The position numbers and the translations under genes are program-made. The notes beneath the pieces were generated by a model. That model was not told the origin of the DNA and searched no databases. It was given only the letters and a program-made list of their open reading frames with translations. This document shows positions 55,901 to 64,000 of a stretch of 64,000 nucleotides of DNA, one piece after another; position 1 is the first letter of the stretch; each line of letters begins with the position of its first letter. This DNA comes from Lachnospiraceae bacterium UBA4364 (GTDB taxonomy: Bacteria; Bacillota; Clostridia; Lachnospirales; Lachnospiraceae), in the NCBI GenBank assembly GCA_002393955.1, contig DGSK01000003.1:18516-82515 (forward strand). The letters run 5' to 3'.

Positions 55901-58900
55901 ATGAAGATTTTGAACGAACCGCTGCATGGCCTGGGCTGGTTTGACGATGCCCTTTCCATGATAGACGAGGGGGAGGCAAGGCTCTCGGTATCGGGAGTGG
56001 CGGATTCCGGAAAACTCCATATGATAAGTGCACTGAGTGAGGCAACGGATGTCTCACTGGTTTTGACGTACTCAGATGTGCGGGCCGGACAGTTCGCTGA
56101 GGAGTATCGTTTCTTCGACAGGAACTCGTGCAGATATCCTGCAAAGGATCTTATTTTTTACCAGGCAGACATAAACGGCGGGCAGATGCAGGGCGAGCGC
56201 CTTGGTGTGATGCGCAAGCTCATCGCCGGAGAAAAGGTGACTATATTTACCACTCTTGATGCCCTGCTTGAAAGATGCATTCCCCTTAGTATCATAGAAG
56301 AACATATACTGAAGATAAGCAAAGGCGGCCTGCTGGAAGAGAGGGCGGCAGAGATCCTGCTTACGGAGATGGGGTATACCAGGACCGGAGGTACCGTGGA
56401 GGTACCCGGTGAATTTTCCGTAAGGGGAGGCATCATAGATATTTTCGATGCCACAGGGACTGTTCCATACAGAATAGAACTGTGGGGGGACGAGGTAGAG
56501 TCCATACGCAGCTTTGACGTGAACAGTCAGCGATCAATAGAGGAGCTTGAAGAGGTTACGGTTTTTCCTGCCAGGGAGCTGATACTGGACCGGGAGAAAA
56601 AAGGCGATGGTTATGCTGCCATCAGGGAAGAGATGGAAACTGCGATAAAGGAATTTATGGATGCCATGAAGCCTGAAGAAGCAAGCAGGCTGAAGGTCCG
56701 TCTCGGTGAACTTGAAAACGCCCTGCTTCATGATATTGGAAGTATAAACTATGACAGCTATATAAATTATTTTTATGACGAGACCATATCCCTGCTGGAT
56801 ATCCTTGCAAAGCGAAAGCACTGTATATTCATTGATGAGCCGGACCGGACCGTGGAGCACGGCAATCTTACGGTGCAGGAGTTTGAGGAGAGCATGAAGA
56901 ACCGCCTGAAAGCGGGATATGTCACAAAGGGACAGACTGACATACTGTACTCCGTAAATGACACGATGCACAGGCTGGCTAAGGACAATACGGTCCAGCT
57001 TTCTGACATGGAGCCCCTATCGCCCCTTTTTGAAAATGAAACACATGAGTTCGTAAACATAGTTACCCTCGCTCCGTACAATAATTCTTTCCATGCACTT
57101 GTGAGCAATCTGAAAAAAATGCGGGACGAAGGCTACAGGGTGGTGATACTTTCGGGATCAAGGTCAAGAGCAAAGCGTCTGGCGGATGACCTGGGGTATG
57201 AGGATGTGATCTGTGCCTATACCGAAAGGACTGATGTGCCCCTTAAACCAAGGGAGATCATGACGGTATACGGCCATGTGCAGAAAGGCTTTACCTATCC
57301 GGGGCTTAAGTTTACCGTCATCGCAGAAACGGACATCTTTGGTGCAAGGCAGAAGGGTGTTAAGAAAAAGAAAGCAAAATACAGTCCCGGCAAGCGATTG
57401 AGGGATCTGTCGGAGCTGCATGTAGGCGACTATGTGATAAATGAGGATTGTGGCGTAGGGATCTACCGTGGCATAGAAGAGGTGGAGGTCGAGTATATCC
57501 GTAAGGATTACATGAAGATCGAGTATCGTGACGGTGCGTTCCTTTATGTGCCGGCTACGGATTTCGACAAGGTATCTCTCTTTGCGGACAAGGATGCGAA
57601 GAAGCCGAAGCTGAACAAGCTGGGAACCGAGGAGTGGCATCACACCAGGGAAAAAGCAAAGCGGGCAGTGGATGCCATTGCGCAGGAGCTGGTGGATCTT
57701 TATGCGGAACGCATGCAGAGCAACGGCTACTGCTACAGTACTGACAGCGTGTGGCAGCAGGAATTTGAGGAGATGTTCCCTTATGATGAGACGGAGGACC
57801 AGCTGAATGCCATCGATGCGGTGAAGGCTGATATGGAAAGCTCCAAGATAATGGACAGGCTGATCTGCGGAGATGTGGGATTCGGTAAAACAGAGGTCGC
57901 CATCCGTGCGGCTTTCAAAGCAGTACAGGAAAATAAGCAGGTGGCTTACCTGGTTCCCACTACCATACTCGCAGAGCAGCATTACACCACCTTCACAGAC
58001 CGTATGAAGGGGTATCCCGTGCGTATCGAGATGATCTCCCGCTTCAGGACTGCAGGTGAGATAAAAAAGGTGATCGCAGCGCTTAAAGCCGGCGAGGTAG
58101 ATATAGTGATAGGAACCCACAGGCTTTTGTCAAAGGATGTGCAGTATGCGGATCTGGGACTGCTCATCATCGATGAGGAGCAGCGCTTTGGCGTATCCCA
58201 CAAGGAGAAGATAAAGCAGCTTAAGAAAAATGTGGATGTGCTTACACTTACGGCGACACCTATTCCCCGTACCCTTCACATGAGCCTTACGGGTATAAGG
58301 GACATGAGCCTTTTAGAGGAAGCGCCGCAGAACCGCCAGCCCATACAGACTTACCTCAGTGAGTACAATGACGAGATGGTAAGGGATGCCATTAACAGGG
58401 AGCTTAACAGGGGCGGTCAGGTGTACTATGTTTCCAACAGAGTAAAGACCATAACCGATGTGGCAGCAGAAGTACAGATGTTAGTTCCAAATGCTAGGGT
58501 GTCATTTGCCCATGGTCAGATGTCGGAAAACAGTCTGGAAGATATCATGCTTTCATTCATACATCATGAGATTGATGTGCTGGTTTCCACCACTATCATA
58601 GAGACAGGCTTGGATATACCGAATGTTAATACTATAATAATAAGGGATTCGGACAAACTTGGGCTTTCGCAGCTCTATCAGCTTCGCGGCCGTGTGGGGC
58701 GATCAGACCGAACAGCATATGCGTTCCTTATGTATGACAGGAACCGTATACTGAGGGAAACAGCGGAAAAAAGGCTCAGTGCCATCCGTCAGTATACGGA
58801 GCTGGGGAGCGGATTCAAGATTGCCATGAGTGATCTGGAGATCAGGGGTGCCGGGAACGTATTGGGCAAGGCTCAGCACGGGCAGGTGGAAGCTATAGGC

Positions 58901-59461
58901 TATGATCTTTACTGCAAGATGCTTGAAGGCGCAGTGCTTGAAAAGCGCGGCATCGAGATAGAGAAAAAGGTTGACTGCGAGATAGAGCTAAAGGTCGATG
59001 CATATCTTCCGGCGGAATACATTCCGGACGAGATGCAGAAGCTCGATATCTATAAAAGGATTGCGGGCATAAGGAGCGAAGCTGACAGAGAAGACATATG
59101 TGATGAGCTGGAAGACCGTTTCGGAAAGATACCTCCACAGGCGGATAATCTGCTTAAAGTTTCCACACTTAAGGAAAAGGGCTGCAGGAAATATATCACA
59201 CGGATAAGCGGACGTGAGGGTCACATTACTTTCAGGATGGAGCGTAATGCTCCCGTGGATGTGGCGGAGATCCCTATTTTTCTGAACAGCTTTGACGGCG
59301 ATCTGAGATTAAAAACTGTTGGCGATCCAATTTTTACTTTGGTATATAATGACAGCAGCGAGAGCGGACCGCATGGAAGTGCGCTGATGCTGGAAATGGC
59401 TGATAAGGTACTTAACGGGTTTGACAGTATATTGAAAAAAGAAAGAAAAGAGAGCCGCTAA
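55901..59461 (+). CDS. mfd: Transcription-repair coupling factor
   Basis: 1186 aa. Helicase motifs GDVGFGKTEVA, LIIDEEQRFG and LTLTATPIPRT. It has the CarD-like/RID region and a TRCF C-terminus. The pth-mfd synteny is conserved. Confidence 0.95.
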   Translation: MKILNEPLHGLGWFDDALSMIDEGEARLSVSGVADSGKLHMISALSEATDVSLVLTYSDVRAGQFAEEYRFFDRNSCRYPAKDLIFYQADINGGQMQGERLGVMRKLIAGEKVTIFTTLDALLERCIPLSIIEEHILKISKGGLLEERAAEILLTEMGYTRTGGTVEVPGEFSVRGGIIDIFDATGTVPYRIELWGDEVESIRSFDVNSQRSIEELEEVTVFPARELILDREKKGDGYAAIREEMETAIKEFMDAMKPEEASRLKVRLGELENALLHDIGSINYDSYINYFYDETISLLDILAKRKHCIFIDEPDRTVEHGNLTVQEFEESMKNRLKAGYVTKGQTDILYSVNDTMHRLAKDNTVQLSDMEPLSPLFENETHEFVNIVTLAPYNNSFHALVSNLKKMRDEGYRVVILSGSRSRAKRLADDLGYEDVICAYTERTDVPLKPREIMTVYGHVQKGFTYPGLKFTVIAETDIFGARQKGVKKKKAKYSPGKRLRDLSELHVGDYVINEDCGVGIYRGIEEVEVEYIRKDYMKIEYRDGAFLYVPATDFDKVSLFADKDAKKPKLNKLGTEEWHHTREKAKRAVDAIAQELVDLYAERMQSNGYCYSTDSVWQQEFEEMFPYDETEDQLNAIDAVKADMESSKIMDRLICGDVGFGKTEVAIRAAFKAVQENKQVAYLVPTTILAEQHYTTFTDRMKGYPVRIEMISRFRTAGEIKKVIAALKAGEVDIVIGTHRLLSKDVQYADLGLLIIDEEQRFGVSHKEKIKQLKKNVDVLTLTATPIPRTLHMSLTGIRDMSLLEEAPQNRQPIQTYLSEYNDEMVRDAINRELNRGGQVYYVSNRVKTITDVAAEVQMLVPNARVSFAHGQMSENSLEDIMLSFIHHEIDVLVSTTIIETGLDIPNVNTIIIRDSDKLGLSQLYQLRGRVGRSDRTAYAFLMYDRNRILRETAEKRLSAIRQYTELGSGFKIAMSDLEIRGAGNVLGKAQHGQVEAIGYDLYCKMLEGAVLEKRGIEIEKKVDCEIELKVDAYLPAEYIPDEMQKLDIYKRIAGIRSEADREDICDELEDRFGKIPPQADNLLKVSTLKEKGCRKYITRISGREGHITFRMERNAPVDVAEIPIFLNSFDGDLRLKTVGDPIFTLVYNDSSESGPHGSALMLEMADKVLNGFDSILKKERKESR

Positions 59462-59480
59462 AGTGGCAGAAAGGGGAATA

Positions 59481-61295
59481 ATGGACGATACAAAGTTTTG
59501 CCCCAGTTGCGGGGATCAGGTTCCGGTAACTACAAAGTATTGTGACAACTGCGGATATGCTTTCCCTAAGGAGACCATACCCGGGGCATCGGTTTACACA
59601 CCTCCGGTGATGAATGTACAGCCGGCAGTAAACAATGCGCCGGTGGCAAATGCACAGCCGACGGTAAACAATACACCGACAGTGAATGAACAGCCAATGG
59701 CAAATGCACAGCCGGCGGTAAATAATGTGCCGGAAGCAAATGTACAAACTGCGGTAAATAATATATCTGCAGAAAGTGCACAGCCGGTGGTAAACAATGC
59801 TCCGACAGTGAATGAACAGCCGGCGGTAAACAATGCTCCGATAGTGAATGAACAGCCGGCGGAAGATAATACTCCTGCAGCAAATACACCGTCGATGGCA
59901 AATATTACTCCGACAGAAAATATCAACGCAGCACAGATAGAAACTGCGAAGCCGGTAGTGAATGAAATACCTGCAGCAAATACACAGTCGATGGCAAATA
60001 TTACTCCGACGGAAAATATCAACGCAGCGCCGATGGAAACCGCGAAAACGGTAGCGAATGATACATCTGCGGAAATTGCACAGCCGGTGGTAAACAGCTC
60101 ACCTGTTATGAGTACCGCTTCGATAGATAACGGTATGCCGGAAGTTAGTAATACACAGCCTGTAGCCGACAGTATGTCAAATATCACCATACCCGGGGAG
60201 AACATGCAGGGTAATCAGTTTGACCCACAGGTGCCTACAGGTCAGATGAATGGTCCTCAGATGTCAGGTGTTCAGCAAAATGGTTCTCAGATGAATGGGC
60301 AGCAGCAGGGTGGTCCGGCACTCATGAATCCGGCATATGCCACAGCTACTCCACCTGAAAAGCCGAAGGGGAATGGCTGTCTGATTGCTATTCTTGTGGC
60401 TATAATGATCGTAGTGATAGTGGCAGCACTTGTCGCATCAGCAGCACTGGCCACACAGATTGAAGGACTTGACGACCTGATTTCCGGCAATCCCATAGGC
60501 GGAACGCATAGTTTGGTATTATCAGACACAGAGACTGTTTACATGGAAGTAGGTGATACACATACTATAACAGTTGAAAATATAGATGATTTTTCAAGCC
60601 CACGGGATATAGATTGGGAAGTTGCGGGAGGCGGATATTATTCAAATGATGTAGTACGCATATCAGATAATTATGACGGTTCGGTGACTGTTACGGCAAT
60701 GAATCCGGGCAAGACATCGATTATCGTTACCGGGAAAAATGTTGATAAGGAAGAAGGCTATGTTGTAAAGATAGATGTTTCGGAAAAGAACATTGAATAC
60801 GGCAGTTCCCTGTCAGGCGGTGAATTTGCTTATGCAGGTACAGCATGGGAGACTGAGTGGGCACAGTATTATTTTGTCGGTCCTGAGTCAACGGATCCTG
60901 TAATTGGGCAGCTTGAGAATGACTGGGGAATAAACATAATGAACGTAAACGATGGCTGTCTTATGATTTCGGATTATATGAATGATTATGCATATGGAGA
61001 TGTGACCTGCACCAAAGTTTCCGAAAATGACCTGTATGCGTCGTCATATTATAATGATATCGCCGGCAGTATCGTTCCCGGGGCAGAGTACTACTGGTTT
61101 ACCTATGTGCCGGAAGTGGAAGTGCTGGGCAATAGTGTTGCATCCGGAAATTTATATGATCTAATATTTATGTTCCAGCCGGATGGAACATTAGTAATCT
61201 ATGACAGCGGTTTCGGAATGTTAAGTGCGGCAGAGGAGACTTCGGAATGGCCGAGCTACGCTGATCTGGATAGAAGATTTAATATTGTTTATTAA
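59481..61295 (+). CDS. Zinc-ribbon membrane protein with a tandem-repeat linker and an extracytoplasmic C-terminal domain
   Basis: FCPSCGDQV...YCDNCGY zinc ribbon; ~170 aa of (A/T)QPxVNNxP-type repeats; a Q/G/M-rich stretch; one TM (CLIAILVAIMIVVIVAALVASAALA); then ~270 aa outside. Confidence 0.7.
   Translation: MDDTKFCPSCGDQVPVTTKYCDNCGYAFPKETIPGASVYTPPVMNVQPAVNNAPVANAQPTVNNTPTVNEQPMANAQPAVNNVPEANVQTAVNNISAESAQPVVNNAPTVNEQPAVNNAPIVNEQPAEDNTPAANTPSMANITPTENINAAQIETAKPVVNEIPAANTQSMANITPTENINAAPMETAKTVANDTSAEIAQPVVNSSPVMSTASIDNGMPEVSNTQPVADSMSNITIPGENMQGNQFDPQVPTGQMNGPQMSGVQQNGSQMNGQQQGGPALMNPAYATATPPEKPKGNGCLIAILVAIMIVVIVAALVASAALATQIEGLDDLISGNPIGGTHSLVLSDTETVYMEVGDTHTITVENIDDFSSPRDIDWEVAGGGYYSNDVVRISDNYDGSVTVTAMNPGKTSIIVTGKNVDKEEGYVVKIDVSEKNIEYGSSLSGGEFAYAGTAWETEWAQYYFVGPESTDPVIGQLENDWGINIMNVNDGCLMISDYMNDYAYGDVTCTKVSENDLYASSYYNDIAGSIVPGAEYYWFTYVPEVEVLGNSVASGNLYDLIFMFQPDGTLVIYDSGFGMLSAAEETSEWPSYADLDRRFNIVY
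59600..60095 (+). repeat. In-frame tandem repeats (27-36-nt units plus a ~93-nt duplication)
   Basis: The cagccggcggtaaacaatgc-type unit recurs. PAANT(P/Q)SMANITPTENINAA.(I/M)ETAK occurs twice. Confidence 0.85.
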
Positions 61296-61395
61296 ATTTC
61301 TCACATACAGTCGTGGGAATCCCTTTGCAACTGAACAGAAATACTTCGGCAAATCCGTAAATATATTTGTGAACAGTTCCTAAAAGCGACATAAG

Positions 61396-62580
61396 ATGAA
61401 GAAAGTTCTCATATTTGTTACCAGATATTTAGCGTATGCTTCCAATATAGTATTTGCCCATGAATGCAGAGTGGCACTTACACAGTTGGGGATTGATGTT
61501 GAGATCTGCGACATAATGAACGAGGAAGATGCAGAACAGATATTGTTGTCTTATGTGGGAAAGAAGTACGATGCTGTACTTGATTTTAATTCTGTTCTGC
61601 CGCGTGTGATGGCTGACAAGGAGCACTTTATCGATATGATAGATGCTCCTTTTTTTGATTATATCGTCGATCATCCATTGTATCATGATCCTATACTGAA
61701 ACAGCCGGTTAAAAATTTCAATGTTATCTGCATAGACCGTGATCATGCAGACTATGTCAGAAAATACTACCCGCATATCAAAAGAGTAAGCTTTCTTCCT
61801 GTGCCGGTGGGACTTCATTCATCTCTTATGCCTTTTGAACGGCGCAGGAATACATTGCTTTTTACAGGATCATACTATCCGCCTGAAAAGTTTGAAAAGA
61901 TAATGAATGAATTGCCTGATGATATAAAAAAAATGTGTGAATCAATGACAGAAATCCTTATTGCTGAAAACGGGGAAAATATTGTATGCGCACCGGAGGA
62001 GGCTTTTGACAAAGCACTGAACGACATGGGAAAGACAGTGGAGGAACTTGCCATGCAGGTGGTCACTGAGGGCTGTTATAGTGATGATATAACAATATAC
62101 AGGACTCTCTTGAATAAGTGTTTTGTGGCGGATATCTATGCCAGGGCCATACTTCGCAGAAAGGCTGTATATAAAGCAGCAGATACAGGCGTGCCTTTAT
62201 TGCTATGCGGAAATGAATGGGACATCTCCGAATTATGCAACAGAAAAAATGTCGAGTGGATAAAAGATGTAGATTACCGTGAGGTATCAGGCTTGATCTC
62301 GTCGTGCAGGGCTGTTATGAATGTTCTCCCAGGCTTTACCAATGGAATACACGACAGAGTCACCATGGGCATGATGACAGGAACTGCCGTGGTCACAAAT
62401 TCCAATAAATATATTGATGAGTTTTTCGCTGAAGGTGAGGATTATCTGAACTTATCCCATATTACTGACGATGATGCAGTCCTTGAAAGCGTAGCAAAGC
62501 ATAGCTTCGAAACGGCGCGAAAAATGTTCTCAAGGGAAGCCTTTGCAGAAAAGCTGGTGAAAGCGATGGGGATGTTATAG
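61396..62580 (+). CDS. Hypothetical protein, glycosyltransferase-like (CgeB/DUF3880-like) by weak resemblance
   Basis: A 394-aa soluble protein. The C-terminal half (LLLCGNEW...NVLPGFTNGIHDRVTMGMMTGTAVVTN) resembles the GT-B C-terminal fold. The functional call is low confidence. Confidence 0.35.
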   Translation: MKKVLIFVTRYLAYASNIVFAHECRVALTQLGIDVEICDIMNEEDAEQILLSYVGKKYDAVLDFNSVLPRVMADKEHFIDMIDAPFFDYIVDHPLYHDPILKQPVKNFNVICIDRDHADYVRKYYPHIKRVSFLPVPVGLHSSLMPFERRRNTLLFTGSYYPPEKFEKIMNELPDDIKKMCESMTEILIAENGENIVCAPEEAFDKALNDMGKTVEELAMQVVTEGCYSDDITIYRTLLNKCFVADIYARAILRRKAVYKAADTGVPLLLCGNEWDISELCNRKNVEWIKDVDYREVSGLISSCRAVMNVLPGFTNGIHDRVTMGMMTGTAVVTNSNKYIDEFFAEGEDYLNLSHITDDDAVLESVAKHSFETARKMFSREAFAEKLVKAMGML

Positions 62581-62765
62581 CAGAGATATTTTAATCATTG
62601 CTTTCGGAAAAATCAAGCTGAATTAGTGATAGGGACCTATTGAGGGTTATAAATGGGACTCAATAATGATGAGGGGTTGATGTAGAATTACTTTTTTTTT
62701 ATAATTATACGCAGAGAAATAATGGTATAAATTAGGGGAAGGATATAGTGAATATGGAGGATAAA

Positions 62766-62864
62766 ATAAAAAAAGACTTTGAAAGTCTTTTTTAAAATCC
62801 GCACAATGCGGTCCATAAACGGTGAATTCGGTTAAACCTTATTTGCACTCGCCTTGTTAATTCT
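62766..62864 (-). ncRNA. tracrRNA candidate (antisense, immediately upstream of cas9)
   Basis: The - strand reads ...AACAAGGCGAGUGCAAAUAAGGUUUAACCG... The nexus-like AAUAAGG-UUUAA-CCG compares with AAUAAGGCUAGUCCG in S. pyogenes. It is followed by the hairpin CCGCA-uug-UGCGG, a terminal hairpin AAAAGACU-uucaa-AGUCUUUU and a U-tract. A - strand promoter TTGACT (62893-62898) -N17- TAAATT (62870-62875) lies upstream. Confidence 0.6.
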
Positions 62865-62938
62865 CATACAATTTAACATACAACATAGAAACAGTCAAGT
62901 ATAAAATTCAAAATCAGTGGCTATAGGAGGATATAAGA

Positions 62939-64000
62939 ATGGAAAAACAGAACTACTACATAGGATTGGATATGGGAACATCCTCTGTGGGTTGGGCAGT
63001 TACAGATGATAGTTATCATATTATCAGACGAAAAGGCAAAGATATGTGGGGGATTCGTGAGTTTGAAGAGGCTAAAACTTCTGCTGAAAGAAGGTCTCAT
63101 AGAATAAGCAGAAGGAGGCTTCAGCGCTCTAAGGTCAGGATCGGATTGATCAAGATGTATTTTGATGAAGAAATACGGAAGGTCGATCCATTTTTTTATG
63201 AAAGACTGGACAATAGCAAGTACTATCAGGAGGACAAGGATGAAATCGTAAAGAGTCCCAACGGGGTGTTTAACGATAAGGAATATACAGATAAAGATTA
63301 TTACAATCAGTATCCCACAATATTTCATTTGAGAAAAGAACTTATAAATAACGAAAATGCACCATATGATGTAAGGATAGTGTATCTGGCCGTATTAAAT
63401 CTGTTTAAGAGGCGAGGCCATTTCCTTAATTCGAGTTTAAGGTTGGATGATGAGAGTGCAGAGTTTAGTCTTAAAGATGCATATTCAAATTTGCTGACGA
63501 TAATGGCTGATAATTTACCAGAGGAGTTATCAATAGCATTTCCTGAGATTGATTCCGATAATACATATTTGGAATTGCAGAACATACTTGGTACAAGGGA
63601 ATTCGGAAGAAAACAGAAGGGGGAGAAGGTTGCCAAGTTACTTGGTATAGATAGAAAACAGAAAAAAGAAATGGAAATAGTCAATGGAATGGTTGGTCTA
63701 TCCATAGACTGTTGTAAACTGTTTGATATAGAGGCTGATAGTAAGATAACTGCAAAGTTTTCTGATTTTGGGTATGCAGAAAAAGAACCGGAAATACTTG
63801 ATCAGTTAGGTGATAACTATGGTTCAATTCTTATGGCTATAAAGACGGTTTATGATATAGGATCATTAACTGAAATATTGAAGGGACAGAAATATCTGTC
63901 ATTTGCGAGAGTGGAGGATTATGAACAACACAAGGCTGACTTGAGAAAACTGAAAAAAGTAGTGAAGAAATATGCACTGGAACGTTATGATTATTTCTTT
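62939..64000 (+). CDS. cas9: Cas9 (type II CRISPR effector), N-terminal 354 codons; the ORF runs off the window
   Basis: ATG 62939 follows AGGAGGA. The translation begins MEKQNYYIGLDMGTSSVGWAVTDDSYHIIRRKGKDMWGIREFEEAKTSAERRSHRISRRRLQRSKVRI. It contains the RuvC-I motif and the Arg-rich bridge helix, followed by a REC-lobe-like sequence (YPTIFHLRKELI). There is no stop through nt 64000. Confidence 0.9.
   Translation, partial: MEKQNYYIGLDMGTSSVGWAVTDDSYHIIRRKGKDMWGIREFEEAKTSAERRSHRISRRRLQRSKVRIGLIKMYFDEEIRKVDPFFYERLDNSKYYQEDKDEIVKSPNGVFNDKEYTDKDYYNQYPTIFHLRKELINNENAPYDVRIVYLAVLNLFKRRGHFLNSSLRLDDESAEFSLKDAYSNLLTIMADNLPEELSIAFPEIDSDNTYLELQNILGTREFGRKQKGEKVAKLLGIDRKQKKEMEIVNGMVGLSIDCCKLFDIEADSKITAKFSDFGYAEKEPEILDQLGDNYGSILMAIKTVYDIGSLTEILKGQKYLSFARVEDYEQHKADLRKLKKVVKKYALERYDYFF

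Noticed and set aside
59600-60095. Periodic direct repeats that could be mistaken for a CRISPR array
   Set aside because: The units are contiguous with no unique spacers, are imperfect, are multiples of 3 nt long, and stay in frame within a 604-codon ORF encoding a peptide repeat.
62921-63705. Two - strand ORFs (135 aa and 126 aa) listed in the track
   Set aside because: They lie antisense to an open + strand frame that encodes an unmistakable Cas9 N-terminus with a good RBS. Their products are low-complexity and hydrophobic with no start context.

Overview
The window is a 64-kb chromosomal segment from a Clostridia or Lachnospiraceae-like Firmicute. The evidence for that placement is a FabK-type fab cluster, glgC-glgD-spoVG-pth-mfd synteny, and flagellin. 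Nearly everything is on the + strand; I support only one - strand protein gene (an Rpn-family nuclease) and one - strand small RNA candidate.

Both window edges are CRISPR-related. The 5' edge cuts through a RAMP-superfamily (type III-like) gene. The 3' edge holds the start of a type II locus, with an antisense tracrRNA candidate and the cas9 N-terminus. The ORF track misses cas9 because the ORF runs off the window. No CRISPR array lies inside the window.

Gene content between the edges, in order:
- A compact accessory cassette of seven tiny genes with a triplicated promoter/RBS module, ending in an HNH nuclease, followed by the divergent Rpn nuclease.
- A copper P1B-ATPase whose nucleotide-binding domain is cleanly missing in frame.
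- A fatty-acid synthesis cluster: acpP-fabK-fabD-fabG-fabF-fabZ, a fused accD/accA, fabH and a MarR/FabT-like gene, with no accB or accC.
- A flagellar neighbourhood: a 1027-aa FliK-like protein, flagellin, a ~200-nt rod-like hairpin and fliS.
- An operon of a 275-aa protein and a 2829-aa Lys/Glu-rich ORFan.
- A hybrid sensor kinase, a double-REC regulator and an HD-GYP protein. The kinase and the HD-GYP protein share an ECF-S-component-like N-terminal membrane module.
- A MacAB-like efflux system, DegV, GNAT and murC.
- A DnaD-like/DnaI-like operon preceded by tandem DnaA boxes and split by a structured dispersed repeat.
- prs, glgCD, spoVG, pth, mfd, a repeat-rich zinc-ribbon membrane protein and a glycosyltransferase-like protein.

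The most unusual items are the tiny-gene cassette beside the RAMP gene, the giant ORFan operon in the flagellar locus, the fliC-fliS hairpin, the N-domain-less CopA, and the unannotated cas9/tracrRNA. All functional calls come from motifs read by eye. No database search was possible.
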